A DNA stretch of 63,857 bases, the filler included, from Pelomyxa schiedti (lineage: Eukaryota > Protista > Evosea), in the NCBI GenBank assembly GCA_020536535.1. It is 11 parts of 11 records of this genome, joined end to end, with 100 filler letters (N's around TTAATTAATTAA, not from the genome) between each part and the next. Parts side by side here need not be neighbours in the genome. Positions count along the whole stretch, not along the records: positions 10,550 to 26,919 come from JAHLWZ010000037.1; positions 27,020 to 37,715 come from JAHLWZ010001257.1; 9 more parts are not named here. One strand, 5' to 3'. The stretch's first letter is position 1; each line of letters starts with the position of its first letter. The position numbers and the translations under genes are program-made. Shown one piece after another: positions 24,016 through 37,253 of the stretch. The notes below the pieces were generated by a model. The model worked only from the letters and a program-made list of their open reading frames with translations, did not search any database and was not told the DNA's origin.

Positions 24016-24384
24016 TTATCGGATGTATATCCTTCAACAACAAGTCAAAAATCGACAAGTCAAGATCTTTTGCTCTGTCTTGTTCGACAACAACAACACC
24101 GCAACGTGCCCAACGTCCTCACGTTGTTTTTTGTTTTTATATTTTTAATAAATTGTGTCTTCTCGACGTTTAAGGTGCGAAAGGACAAACAACGTTTTTT
24201 TGTGAACGAAACCCCTGCAGGGGAATTTTGTGTTTCTGCTAAGATCAGTGATGAAGGTTGTTACCCGATACAGAAAAGAAAAAATAGGCCAATTTGGGTC
24301 TATTACCTCCTGGTGTCTCTCTCTTTTGGGGATAGGATAGAACAGATAGGCGAGAATGGGTGGGTGTGTGAGGGATTGGTTGTT

Positions 24385-26896
24385 TTAGGAGGCATCTTCT
24401 TCGGGTACTGCCGGGCCTGATGAGCCACCGGCATCTTTCTTCTTTGAAACACCACTTAGAATATCATCAACGCGGAGAAGTAAGCAGGCTGCTTCAATGG
24501 CCGTCTTGATGGTTTGTGACTTGACTGTGGTTGTGATTAGAAGTTGCGTTTGGGTGGGTTTCAGTACGATTATTATTATTATTATTACGGTTATTGGCAC
24601 TGGGATTTGTTTTGTGATTTTACGGGTCCGGCGGAGTTTGTGGAGGTACCTTCAAATGGTTCCCAGATACCAAGCTCATTCATGTCAACAACGGTTCCTT
24701 TGGTTCCATCTATACCCCATGTGAAGTTCCTATCGGGTGCTGTTGCGTGCTTGGCCTGGAGAGGATATGAGTATGTTTCTGAAGGAAAAGTGAATATACC
24801 CTAAGTTCTGTGACTACGCGGACAACATCTGCTCCGCAGTTTTGAGCAAGTGTTCTGGGTATGACCTCCATTGCCAAAGCAACGCTCTGATAGGGCCACT
24901 GGGCACAACCCTCAACACTTCTTGCCTTGTGAGAGAGGTACTGTGACACTGCCATTTCAGAGGCACCACCACCGGCCACAACGCGAGGGTCATTGACCAC
25001 GCAACGAGCGACGCTCAGAGCATCAAGTAAGTTGCGTTCTACTTCATTAAGTACATCTTTGCTGGCACCACGTAATAGAATAGTGCAGGCTTTTGGATTT
25101 CGGCACTCCGTGATAAATGAGAAATATCTGATTTCATTAAGAAGGGGAACTAAGAGTATGTTACATACTCATCACCAATTTTCTTCACTTCAAAAAGGCC
25201 TACTTGTGTACCCACATCGGATTCTTTAATTTCTTCTGGCCTGTGAACGATGGTTGCCCCAGACACTCTGGCAAGCCTATAATAAAATTAGACTTTTTAC
25301 CAACCTTCTGCCGTACAAACCGATTGTTGTCAGACTTACGGAGTCTTCTAAGTGCAGTTACATTGTTCTTAACGAAGTAGTGCTGAGCAAGGTCACTAAG
25401 ACCCTTCTCTGTAATGACAAGATCGGGTCGGTGTCTAGAAATCATATACATTTAAGACTTGAAAACCAATGCAGAAACAGGTACCTTAGAATTTGGGCAC
25501 ACATTTTCTCAATGTACTCCTCTTCAACTTTCAGTAAGAGAGCAAAATCATCAGGTTTAAGACATTCCACATTGGTCATGCTCTCGCCCTTAGACCCGGA
25601 TGCTTTTAGTAAGTTTACAAGGAGGAAAGGGAGATACCTTTTTGAATTCCAGAGGGCAATCAAGCAAAATAACTCTGGGATTTACAATCCTTCTTCTCAT
25701 CTTGGCATGAGTAACATCCTTGTTTAGAACAACACCAGGTATAATGCTACTTTGCTCAATATCACCGCCAGGGATCTGTAGCGTTTTTAAGATGAATCAA
25801 AAGAGAAATACCGCGCACCTTCTCTATTCTGCAGTACTTTTTAGTATCGATTTCTCTTCTGCCCTCTACCTCCACTTTCACAATGTTAACAGCATCCAAT
25901 GCGATTTGACACATCAAAGGAGACCATCTCGCTACGAATTTTGTTCCTATGCATGATCTAATGACACCCATGACTGAGTCCCTGTATCAAGGTCAATTAG
26001 TGGGAGGTGGTATTCTTCGTACCTGTTGTTAAGATCGAGTTTGATTGCGCATTTGTTCAGTCCCTCCACAGCATCGTCCAGGGCCCTGTTGTTATATTTT
26101 CCATTAATTCCATTTTTTTTCAAAGGTTTGAAAATACACACTTGAAAAATGCAGAGATAATGACTGTGGGGTGCAAATTTTTGAGTAACCACGGCTCTGC
26201 CGCGTGAAGGATTTCCCCGGCTATTTAAAATTAATTTTTATATGCCATAAGTTATATCTTGACCCCCAGAATACATACCCAGTACAATAACGGAAGTGGT
26301 GCCGTCACCAACGCTCTCATCCTGAGCCCTGCTGAGTTCAATCATAGACTTGGCAGCTGGGTGATTCACATCAATTTCCTATTAAAAAACAAAAATACCG
26401 CACTATCAGAGAAAGCCCCAAACAAAAAAAAACCAGGCAGAGAGTACCCTCAGGATTGAATTCCCATCATTCGTGAGGCAGATTCCGCCCATTGGGTCCA
26501 GTATCATTTTCAGCATGGCCCTGGGCCCAAGGCATGTCCTAATAACCTCGGCAACCGTCTACGACATCCCACAATGTGTGAGCAACGAGTTAGCGAGTGC
26601 ACGCACGACGGATCCATTCACATTAAATATTATTCATCTGCGTTGCGGCAGTATGTAGTTATGGGATTTTGTTTGGGGCAACGGGTGTCGGCGACGCACC
26701 TTGGCGGCCATGATGTTCCCTTGTTGGGCCTCTCTCCCAGTCTCACGCTTCGTGGTCGTGTCTGACACAATTATGAGACACCCAACGATAAAAAAAAAAA
26801 AAAAACCACAACAACAAGCACCAACAGTGGGGGCAAAAAATGACATTCCCAATACGCACTTAAAACGAGTACCGGTGGTCCACCCGCCCCCTGCAT
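24385..26896 (-). CDS. CCT3: T-complex protein 1 subunit gamma (chaperonin CCT3), multi-exon
   Basis: [83 protein letters not shown]. Confidence 0.96.
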
Positions 26897-27027
26897 CCTG
26901 TCTCGGTGATCAAGTTTTTNNNNNNNNNNNNNNNNNNNNNNNNNNNNNNNNNNNNNNNNNNNNTTAATTAATTAANNNNNNNNNNNNNNNNNNNNNNNNN
27001 NNNNNNNNNNNNNNNNNNNAGCATCGG

Positions 27028-28389
27028 ATGATGCAACAGCGCAACAACAACGACGAAACAACAACAACAGTAGCGGAGGCAGTATCAGCATCCAAGCTGC
27101 AGGAATTCACGCCAACCACGACCGCGGTGCTGCGGACCCGAGACCAGCTCCTGGCCCTGGCCGCCGCCTCGCACCCCCGCTGCGGCCCCCGCAGCGCCCT
27201 GACCCTGGGGCCCCAGCGAGAGGGGGGGAGCCCAGGGGGGGTCTGCGACGCCGCGTCGGCGGGGCAGGTGGCCAGGCTCGTGGCCGAGTGGTGCGAGGGC
27301 GACGGCGACGGCGACGGCGACGGGGGAAGCAGGTGGTTCAGCGTCGCCGCCCGGAGGTACTTGATTGGCGGGAGGACTGGCGGGGGCGCAGTGGTCGCGT
27401 TCAGGGTGTCTCGCGCGCTACTCAGCGTCGCGGAGGCCAGGGCGTGGCTCCCGACCGACCCCAAGGAGAAGCTTGTTGCGCTGCTGCCGCGGCGGAGAAT
27501 GCTGATGACGGACAGGTGCTCCGCTTACATCACTCGGAGCCTGGCCACCGGCCTGGACACTGCGGCGTCCCATTGTCGAACGTGGTGGAAGCACGCGGTC
27601 GGCAGTAGGTGGTGTATCTTTGGGGGGTCTGGGCTTGGGCTGGACCTGGTCAGCCTGCTGGGCCCTGATCCTGAACCTCGCAGTGCGTACATCCCAGGAT
27701 TGGACAATGGTGAGGGGACAGACCCGGAACTGGCCCCATACCGGTGTGCTGCCATTGCTTTTGTCAAGTCAGACCCTGACCAATCTGCTGTCCTTCTTGA
27801 AAGGCTAGCCCATGTCGTTCACGTCGACGACGAGGATACATATGTGCTCCTCATTGAATTCAACGCTGCTAAGGTGTATTCCACAAAAGCCTTTGGAGTT
27901 GGGGATTTCCACAGGAAGGACTGCACCCTTTCTCGACACTACACAATTTCTCATACGAAGCTTATGATACTCAAAAGTGACCAGGGTGAGCACGTCTACA
28001 TCGCCCTTGTGGGGCAATCTCCTTTTGGATTCCGTGGGTCCTCTGGAGTTTTTAGACTGATAAATGACCACAGCGAAGTAGGCAGGTTCATACAAGTGGC
28101 CAACAATGTACTGGATGCATCACAGCTGAGTGACAGACTCTTCATTCTCTACAGAGAGGAATCAACATGTGAAATCTGGGACTGCAATGCAGAGCGGCCC
28201 TTGAGGTTCATTAGAGACCAGAATACGACTGGCTGGGCAGACAGCGGATTCATCTTCAAGCCGACTGTGACTGCTAACATAAAGGAGAAGAGTGTAACAA
28301 CCAATGTTGAGGTAATGGATGCGTCCTCTGGTGTCATCCTCATCAGCTTCACCTTTTCGGGACCCTTGCAAGGTGCTTATTCCTTCTGA
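27028..28389 (+). CDS. Lineage-specific intronless orphan-family protein
   Basis: 453-aa ORF with N-terminal RDQLLALAAASHPRCG and C-terminal EIWDCNAERPLR...GFIF...VMDASSG, shared with other family members in the window. Confidence 0.75.
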   Translation: MMQQRNNNDETTTTVAEAVSASKLQEFTPTTTAVLRTRDQLLALAAASHPRCGPRSALTLGPQREGGSPGGVCDAASAGQVARLVAEWCEGDGDGDGDGGSRWFSVAARRYLIGGRTGGGAVVAFRVSRALLSVAEARAWLPTDPKEKLVALLPRRRMLMTDRCSAYITRSLATGLDTAASHCRTWWKHAVGSRWCIFGGSGLGLDLVSLLGPDPEPRSAYIPGLDNGEGTDPELAPYRCAAIAFVKSDPDQSAVLLERLAHVVHVDDEDTYVLLIEFNAAKVYSTKAFGVGDFHRKDCTLSRHYTISHTKLMILKSDQGEHVYIALVGQSPFGFRGSSGVFRLINDHSEVGRFIQVANNVLDASQLSDRLFILYREESTCEIWDCNAERPLRFIRDQNTTGWADSGFIFKPTVTANIKEKSVTTNVEVMDASSGVILISFTFSGPLQGAYSF

Positions 28390-28454
28390 CACACAATAAA
28401 AAATAAGAACCTTTTCTCAAAAAATAGGAACAAAAATTCAGAAAAGGAAAACAC

Positions 28455-29166
28455 TTAATGTTTGAACAGGTTGTCAGATGCCCACTGAGACAGCTTTGCT
28501 TTGTATGAGTCATTGTCCAGCTCCTTCTGGCAACACGCCACATCACCACTGACCTCAGACCCGGTGGTGGTACCCTGCAGCTCAGTCCTCAGGTCTCTCA
28601 GTGCTGTGACATGCCCGCTGCTTCTCTGCGTTGACAGTAAGTGTATCCTGCTCCCTCCATTGATTGCTGCAATAATGTCAGGCTTCCTGGTCCTGACCCA
28701 CGTGAGAACGGGAGTGCACATGGTGTAGCCCCACACTGGGCCGCCTATTACAATGTGGTTGTAGTAGGATAAATCGGCCAGTGATGGGTCCTCTGGCGCC
28801 AGCGTGGTTATGTTCCTTGTGTATGTATCATAACATGACCTCACAACCCCAAAGAATCCTGTCCTTTCCTGTCACAAGTAAATGATTTCTTAAATAAACA
28901 TATTTATCCAGTCCACAGACCACATGAATGAAAAGAAAATGCTTCAATACCCTTGTGTCCTTTAGTTCAACGACAGTTGCGACGTGTCCAGGAGTGTCAG
29001 ATATCAACTTGGATAATTCAGTAACGGCCTTCCTAGTGTTCCCGTACATCAACGATACGAACACAATTAAAATTCGAGTCACAGCTGGTGTTGTTATTTC
29101 AGAATCAACTGCCGATGAGCTTGTCGTTGTGTTGTGTATTTGTTGTTCTACTGTTAAAGACGCCAT
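28455..29166 (-). CDS. Flavodoxin-like protein, multi-exon
   Basis: ILIVFVSLMYGNTRKAVTEL (FMN phosphate-loop-like), DLSYYNHIVIGGPVWGYTMCTPV. Confidence 0.75.
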
Positions 29167-29399
29167 TGCGGTACACCCGATAGGGTTTTCTTTCATTTTC
29201 GTTCGTTCGTGGCGATACGACTTATATGAAAGCGTCGGCATCATAACTACGCTGCCACCGAATCACTATGACCATCAAATGTTAATTACGGGATTTTCGT
29301 GTGGAAGACCATAGAAGCACAGAAAGATCTTGACAATCGGGGGGAAATTAGTGATTCACAAAAACAATCAAATCATGTGCCCATTTTTTGAGGCGTGCT

Positions 29400-31242
29400 C
29401 TAAGTGTCATTTGTAGGAGTGAAAAAGTCGGGTTGGTTGACATTTAGTAACACAGCAGTGAAGTTCTCACCAGTGACCACGTCGAGGCATGATCCACTTG
29501 GAACCCACGGCACAACCCCTGGAGCTGCCACTACCCTCGTTCTTACACCACACTCGAAGCTGGGGCACTGGCCCCAAGTGAACACGTCGCCGTGGCGCGT
29601 CAAGGCAGCATACTGCTGTATTGGTTCAGTGTAGTCCCCACCAGCACACACCTTGCACAGTGCATGTTCTTTTTGGTTGGGCAGTTGTTGACAGGCAGTT
29701 GTTGGTGCTGGTTCAGTCGTTGGTATTGTGAACTGGAGGTACCTCTTCTCGTATTCGGGGTTGCTGGGGTTCACTTCCACCAGACCGTGTGATGTCAACC
29801 ACAGGGATATGATGTTGCCGTCTGCGGCATGCAGCACTCTCTCACCGTCGCGGAGGCTGTGGCTGAAGAGGTGACCATTTTCAGAAAGCATTTGGGCACT
29901 CCCGGACCTCATGATCAGGGTCACCATGTCCCAGGCTCCATTTCCCAGGCTCTTCACACCAGTTGTGACTTGTCGAATGGGTACAAAGGGAAATGTCTCC
30001 TTGTTTGTTTGCGACACAGTGCCATTCTCAGTGAGAACAACAGTGTGAAACGCTCTCATCTCCAGCTGTTTCACATTGGAAAGGCTCATCTGGAATGAAG
30101 TTACTCTTCATGTCGAAACAGTGTACATAACTTAGATAACGAGACACACCTGGTTTATTGACAAAGGTCGCTCTGATGAGCGGAAGGCTTTTTTGTTTGA
30201 ATCAACCAATCCTGAGTTTCCTTGTCAGAGAGGTTGGTTGTGTTGGGGTGTGAGCGGATACCAACCAAATGAGTGATGAGAGCACGAAACTTGTCGTGGA
30301 GGCCACTTGAACTCTGGTGGAAGCAGTGATGTGATATCTCTGTGCCCAACATTGGTCTCACCCATGGTTAAATAACCCCACAAGAAAAGTTTTTTTTCTG
30401 TTGTGGCAACAACCATGTGATACTGTCCGGCCCCCATCATGAATACCTGCACGCACAAATCAACATGACTTGAATAGGAAATATCTACCTTGTTTCCAAG
30501 TGGGGACACAGGAGAGGCTGTGTCATAACAAATTTGTCCAAGTCTGCCCCTTGAGCCTCGCCCAAACGTGAACAAGAACCTGTTTAAATGTTAGTTACGT
30601 GGTTATCCCAATTTAATACAGCTATAGTGGCGCCACGATCGCTCCACATTTTTCATTAAACCTGTGCGTGACACACACAGACACACCCGGGCCTTTTTGG
30701 GAGCCACACGGGCCGTTCCACCAAATCCCGCAGCGCATCCCTGGGTGTCACAGCCACCACCCCATTCCCATTTCCCCCACCTCCTTCTTGTTGTTGTTGT
30801 TGTTGTTGTTGTGGTGATGAGTCGCAACGGCATCGGGTTGTGGTGCAAGATGACGGTTCTCCGCAATCGATGAGGCTGCCAGGTATCATCGATTGTTCCG
30901 CGCCGGTGCACTGTTGCTCCAGCAACACGCACCACAGCGACGACGTGGGGCTCGCGGCGAGGGAGGCCACGCGACGGCATGTGCACAAGAGTGACACGAA
31001 GTCAAATGCGGCACCTGACTTGAAAGCAGCGGCGAGAATGGCAATGAGCGCCGGCTCGGGCAACGTAGAAAACGTGGTTGTTTCGGTGGTACTACTCGAA
31101 GAAGTTGCTGACTCCTTATTGGAGGTTGAGTTGTTTTTTTTTATTGTTTTTGAAAGAAGAGAGAGAGGACGAGCCTCTCTCTCAGTCACAAAAATACGTG
31201 ATCAAAGCGCATTAGTTGACGACCAGGAGCACGGTTGCTCAT
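29400..31242 (-). CDS. F-box-like plus RCC1-repeat protein, multi-exon
   Basis: FSTLPEPALIAIL...VSLLCTCRR (F-box-like); TFGRGSRGRLG, GAGQYHMVV..LFLWG, AFHTVVLTENG, ALTRHGDVFTWG (RCC1 repeats). Confidence 0.72.
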
Positions 31243-31593
31243 TAGTAAAAGGCGAATGACAAAAACGTGATGCGCCTGGCCCTGCGCCGGTGATTTGTTA
31301 ACTCCCTCACCACTTCGATTTTAAATCAGGGGGTACCGAATTGAATTATGGTCCGAGAACTGNNNNNNNNNNNNNNNNNNNNNNNNNNNNNNNNNNNNNN
31401 NNNNNNNNNNNNNNNNNNNNNNNNNNNNNNNNNNNNNNNNNNNNNNNNNNNNNNNNNNNNNNTTAGTAAAAGGCGAATGACAAAAACGTGATGCGCCTGG
31501 CCCTGCGCCGGTGATTTGTTAACTCCCTCACCACTTCGATTTTAAATCAGGGGGTACCGAATTGAATTATGGTCCGAGAACTGAAGGTTCGGA

Positions 31594-32250
31594 ATGTGCT
31601 TGGAGTACTGCAAGCAAGTACTGGCTGTACTGGAACTCATGGAGTGGATCATGTCGGAAGTGCACTGGCGCTTACCAAGCACTGTTGCTTCAATCAGTCG
31701 TTTTCTTAGAAATGATTTCGTGGGGTGCGTGGACAGCAGAAGGGCGAAGAACTGGTGTGCATTGAGGGTGCTGTGGTTGTGGTTGTTTGATTCCCCGGAG
31801 GTGTTCATGTGCATCAGTTGGTGTGACAGCTCGTTGCGTCTGAACAGCTACGTGACCACCTTTGGGGTGTCACATGCCACCGGAGGAATTACGAGGAAGG
31901 TCAGGCACCGGAGGGACCGCGGGCTCGGCTCCTCATTAGTTGCCATCAATCCCCAGTGTGTAGTATCTAAGAGCTTCTCGACGACTCAACAACACACGTG
32001 GATCCGGATTAATGAGTGTGATGTGCGACGAAGGGCGCCTTGAATCAGTGCTGGTTCTCAGGAAGAAGTGTGGGTCTTTACTTTTTGTTGCTGCTGTCAA
32101 AAAACCCCCAGGAAGATCTGCAGTTGCAATTGAAGAAAGAACTGGCACCCAAACCACGCTGACCTCACTGTCTTCTGGTGTTGTGCACAGAGTGGCTTCT
32201 TTGAACACGGCTATGTTGATAGGGTTCAGGTACACTGGCTACCTCTTGTT
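31594..32250 (+). pseudogene. Degenerate orphan-family-like ORF pair (frameshifted)
   Basis: Two overlapping ORFs (31594-32043, 32012-) with composition like the orphan family; no clear intron joining them. Confidence 0.3.
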
Positions 32251-32349
32251 GAGCAGTGTTTTTTCTCTTTTCCACCGTTTCGTCTTTTTGATTGATGGTT
32301 CCCAGAAAGTGATTTTTTTAAAAAGAAGTATAAAAACGATTAATAGGCA

Positions 32350-33052
32350 ATGTCGTATTACAACGTGGGGTCGTTGGAGCCACTTGTCAGAGGTTAGTAA
32401 TGTTAATTGTTTGTTTGTTTTTTCGCATTAGATTTACTGGGGGTAGGATAGACTGCGGGTCGGTATTTGGTTTGATTGCCGACTTCGGCCCCTTCGTGGA
32501 AAACGAGTCTAAGCTCGTCCTTGACCTGTTTGAGGTCCGTTGTTATGTCTAAACCTAAAGGGCCTTTTATTGCATAGTATTTATTGAAATTTATTTGGTC
32601 TTCTCACTTTTTATGCACAGCAACGGTATGGAGACAAGATGTCCTATCAACTACAAAGTATGGAGGACATTACTAAGAGTGCTGTATCACTGGGTCCTGC
32701 CCTGCCAACGGCAGCCGGTGGGCTTGAGGTATTAGCCTCAAAAGGTATTTGTCCCCCCTGAAATTTATTGTAATGTACTTTTTTGTAAAATATGTTCAGT
32801 CAAAGAAACGTCGCAGCTTGTTAAATCAATACTGGAAAATGAAAAGGCTAGTGAGGTACAAGATACAGACATACATTCCCCGTATCTCACACAATGCATA
32901 AGGAAAGACGCCGAACAACCCGGAACCGGTGTGCAGCCGCTGAAGCTGTTGAGAAGAAGAACGTCGAGGCGGAGCTGGCATCCCAGCGTGCAGTAATTGA
33001 CGCCAACTTTGCCGAGGCCCTCACTCAGCTCAAGAAGAAGTATTCCTCATAA
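32350..33052 (+). CDS. BLOC1S5: BLOC-1 subunit 5 (Muted)-like, multi-exon
   Basis: Spliced LVRDCGSVFGLIADFGPFVENESKLVLDLFEQRYG aligns ungapped with the Muted N-terminus as I recall it (D.G....L.D..P....E......FE...G). C-terminal RAVIDANFAEALTQLKKKY. Confidence 0.65.
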
Positions 33053-33243
33053 CCCACAACCCCAATCTCCCACCCTCTTCATCAATCACCCTTCACTTTC
33101 TGCCCCCGCTACCCAAAGAGAAAAATATCTCGCTAAAAGTAACCCGGGTTTCGTTTTTTTTAAAAAGAAACAAAAAAGGAATTTCCGGACGCCCTACAGG
33201 AACACGCACCGCACCCAGTTCCACACCACCAACATCCATCTGA

Positions 33244-35279
33244 ATGTCCGCATCGCAGACCCACCAACCCACCACGTCCAACGCGGAGGGGGCCCCGGCG
33301 CCCGACGACGCAGCGGCCGGGCACCCCAGCAACACCCCCGCCGGCGATGTCCGCGAACCCACCGCACCGCAGGGCCACGCCGCGGCCGAGGCCCCCGCTC
33401 CCCCAGCGGAGCCGCCCGAGGAGGCTCCCACCCGAGCCGAAACTGACGGGAACGCCCACGCGAACCGCGGTGGGACCGAGGAGCCGGCGGTCGTAGACGC
33501 CGCCGCCACCGAGACACGCGAGGGCGGGCCGGAGCAGCAGCCGCCGGAGGGCACCAAGGCCGCCGCAGACGACCGCGACCAGAACACGGCGGCGGCTCCC
33601 GAGGGCCCCGCGGAGCCCATGGAATCCCACGACCCTACCGCGAGCACAACGACGACGAGCGGGGAAGGGAATGAGCAACCAACGGAGACTGGTGGTGGCG
33701 ACGGGAGCCACCACGAGTCCGATCATCTGATTCTGAATCAGCAAGAGCAACAGCAGCAGCAGAATCAACAACCGCTGCCTGAGGAGGAATCCATGGCAGG
33801 TGGTGGTGCCTCGGCATCGGCATCGGCATCATCGCTCCTTGCACAGGAACAAGGTGGGATTCCTGGTGGTGGTGTCAGCGGGGAGCAGGGTGACGTCGAG
33901 AAGGTGGGATCGCAGGCAAAGTTCAGTGTTACTTTCTCTGAAACTTTGGGCGCTGTGGACTATGTTATTACTTCGGGAGCTCTTTCCCAGGGAATGGGTG
34001 CAACTGAAGAAGAAAACCAGCAACCTAACTCCAATTCGGGTTTGTTACTCTTTTTTTTCTTTGAACTTACGGGATTCCAGTTCTACAATCTGTCAGAGTG
34101 CGAGATATAGTGGCGGCAGTGCAAACCCGGCTCATAAAAGCCAAGGAACAAGAAGAGAAGCAGCCAATTCAAAAGGGCAGAGGCCGGCCTAAGTCCGGTG
34201 TTCAGTCAATGCTCCCTCGCATATCCTACATCTCTACATCGCCTCCCTCGCTACTTCAGCCTTCCACTGCTGCAGCTAGCTCTTTGTCTGCCAACAAAAT
34301 CCTAAACACAAATCTCAGTGAGCTTCCACCTGACATGAAGTTCGTGGTGATAACGGAGGAAGAGTTCAACACAATGCAGCTAGACAAATCCGAGGTGGTT
34401 TCCATTCCCACGAGTGCCTGGACATTCCCTACTACAGAGGGAATGGATCACTCTCAAGGCACACCAGAACTCATACAGGATGTCGTTGACGCTCTATGTG
34501 TATCAGAGAGCCAATTTTCCCCTTCGGTTGATCCTCAAACAGGTGCCCATTTTGTCTTCCCTCTTGAATGAAGTAATAACAACAATTAAACAAAAATTCA
34601 GGGCTTACAAGATACCTTGTCAATAACCGCCCTGATACCAATGAAAACCAGACCCGGTTCAGTTGGAAGAAGCTCCAAGAAATAGAAGAAGAGCACAGAA
34701 GGCAGCAACAACAGCGGCAACTCCAATCCCACCAAGCACCTCCACAGAAACACCAGCAACACCAACGCCAACGTGCCCCGGCATCAGTGCCCAGAAGCCG
34801 TAGGAGTGCTTCCGAATCCAGTGAAAATAGTGAATCCTACTCCTCCGGAAGCGATCAAGATGAACGCGTTACATCCCCAAGGAATTCCACAAGCCGAGGA
34901 GGAGCAGGCAGGAAGCGGAGACCCTCAGCACCAGCAGCAGCAAGGGGAAGGTCAGAACCAGGCAAGAAGAGGCGGCCGGCTGGTGATGCCGTACAGAACC
35001 TATCTGAGAGTGAGGAGGAGATGCTGAATCAACTGGATACGGTGGAGAACATGAGCTGCCACCGCTGCAAGATGAGGAAGCAAAGGTGTTACACTTGCCC
35101 GATTCTGCCAATCCACAGGTTATTACTTTTCCAAGTTAATACACCGCAAACTGATCCAAACAAACCACTGGTGTAGGTTCTGCCTGTCCTGTATCATGCG
35201 GCACCATAGGTCTGAGGACTTCAGGGAAGGTTGCCCAATATGTAAGAGGACATGCACCTGTGCCCTGTGCCGGAAAAGG
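33244..35279 (+). CDS. Protein with zf-4CXXC_R1 (CDCA7/JmjC-associated)-type zinc finger and low-complexity N-terminus
   Basis: SCHRCK...CYTC...HR/FCLSCIMRHH...GCPICKRTCTCALCRK. 3' end uncertain. Confidence 0.7.
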
Positions 35280-36072
35280 TAAAAGTAATTAAAAAAAACT
35301 GTTTTCCCATAATCCTTCATGGGCAAACTCTGGTCCACACAAAAGATTAGGAATTTTTTGGAGCTGTTGGGCAGTGTGGTCTCGCGTTGCCTCTTCCTAT
35401 GCCTTTTTGGGGTGGTTCTTCCGGCTCCCTTGCTCTGGGATCTTTGCGGGGCGGGCAGATCGATCCCAAGAGGACAAAGAAGGCTTTTCCAACCTGCGGT
35501 TTTTTTCTTTGAAACTGTTTTTTTTTTGCCGAGCACACATGGTCGAACGAAGCGAAAGTTCGTTTCATTTGTTGAACACTGACGATGTGTGTGGGAATAT
35601 AGTAGTTGGTTGGTGATTGTGCCGGGTAGCGGCGAGTAATTTTTGAGCCCACGTGCAGATACTTCCCGCGTGTAGTAGTACTACGGTACGCCAAGGAGTT
35701 GCCGACGATGTGGTGGCGGCTGCTGCTGGGTGTGATGTATTGAGTGCGGCTACCTTCTTTGCTTCCCTTCCCCCCATGCCATTGCTGTGTTTTTTTTTTT
35801 TTTTTCTCTCGCGACTGGTTCTTCTTTTTTGTTGGGATTTGTGTATTCACCTCTGACTGGTTTTTAGATGACTGGGAGGAGGAGTGGGAGAACCATGAGC
35901 ACTTCGCGCAGGAATATGCACTTGCGGTAAAGTGTAGCGCCATAGCATTTCCTTAGACTGAACCCTCTTAGAAACGCGAGACTACTACAGGACAACCGCC
36001 GGACTTGTGGCAGACTGAGGTTTGGTTGTTATGTAGAGTACTTCATATCTTACTCCTTATATCAAGGCGGCG

Positions 36073-37253
36073 ATGAAGGCCGACCTAAACAACGAGGAAA
36101 CTGAGGAATGGGCTCCCTCCTTTCAATTTCGTGCAAGGCATTTTCGTCGCCCGGCTATTGCAACAACAATAGCCACCAAACCGTTGTGGATTGACGACGT
36201 CCAACAATTTGTAAGACCTCGGAAGAGGGCCGTTCTAGCAAAGCAAGCAAAAAATGTGAAAGCACCCACATCACCTTTCACAGGTGTAAACAACATCACA
36301 CGACATGTGCACAACGAAATTGGAGGTGTTGATCAACACTTAACAATCAAAAAGGCATTACTGTCTGTCAAAAAGGCAGAAGAGAGGTCAGCTATGTCTT
36401 CCCTATCTTTATTTAACACTCTTTCAGGTTCAAGCAACAGTCACAGCAGCAAATTCTCACAGTGACATCACTCCCAGCTGACAATAGCCTCCTTGAACTT
36501 GCATTCTACCTACTCTTGTTATGTGACCAGAAGAACTCTTCCGGCTCATTCTGCCTGGACATCACCACCAGTAACATTTATCGTATCAAGCGGCCCAACA
36601 TAATTGGAAACACCTGGGCTGTCTGCTACCAACCTCATGAAATCCAATATATCCACCATCAACTCCCCATCCACTCTCTGAATTTCCCTCCAGAGTTCTT
36701 TCTCCCAGAGCAGTATCGTACTGGCAAGGCTGATGTATGGGCTGTTGGTCGTGTTCTCCTTGAGGCCCAACGTGGTCACCACATCTACACAGAAAGTCAT
36801 CATCGTTCACAGGACCCTCCCCAGGTTCTTATTCAATGGCTCCTTGAGCGTGATTACTTTGTAAGGCCAACCTCAAAGCAAGCCATGTACCTTTGTGGTG
36901 CATTGATGTTCCTGCCACAACAATTCACGTCCATGCTCTGCTCCCAAGGTTCAATGGAACAACCAATAGAACTGTTCTCCAGTGACACACGAACCACATC
37001 ACTGCTGGTGAGTGTGCACACAACAGCCATAGGAACACTACGTGTGTTATCTGGAGCCCGGCGTGGCCTTGCCAACATACTGAAAAAAGCTGTTCACCAT
37101 AAAAACAGTGGCTGTCCACCAGTGCCGTCAGAGATACTGTGCACCCTGATGTTCACTGCTGAGGCACTATCAGATATTCCAGGATTCCAACAAGCAATGC
37201 TGGAATTCTGCTGGACCAAGGAGTTCCTTTACAATTCCCGAACCCTGCTTTAA
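36073..37253 (+). CDS. Protein-kinase-like protein, probably a pseudokinase
   Basis: PPEFF..Y.TGKADVWAVGRVLLE and WLLERDYFVRPT match kinase subdomains VIII, IX and XI. The catalytic loop is degenerate (CLDITTSNI) and no DFG or Gly-loop is visible. An intron at ~36387-36428 joins the two ORFs in frame. Confidence 0.65.
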
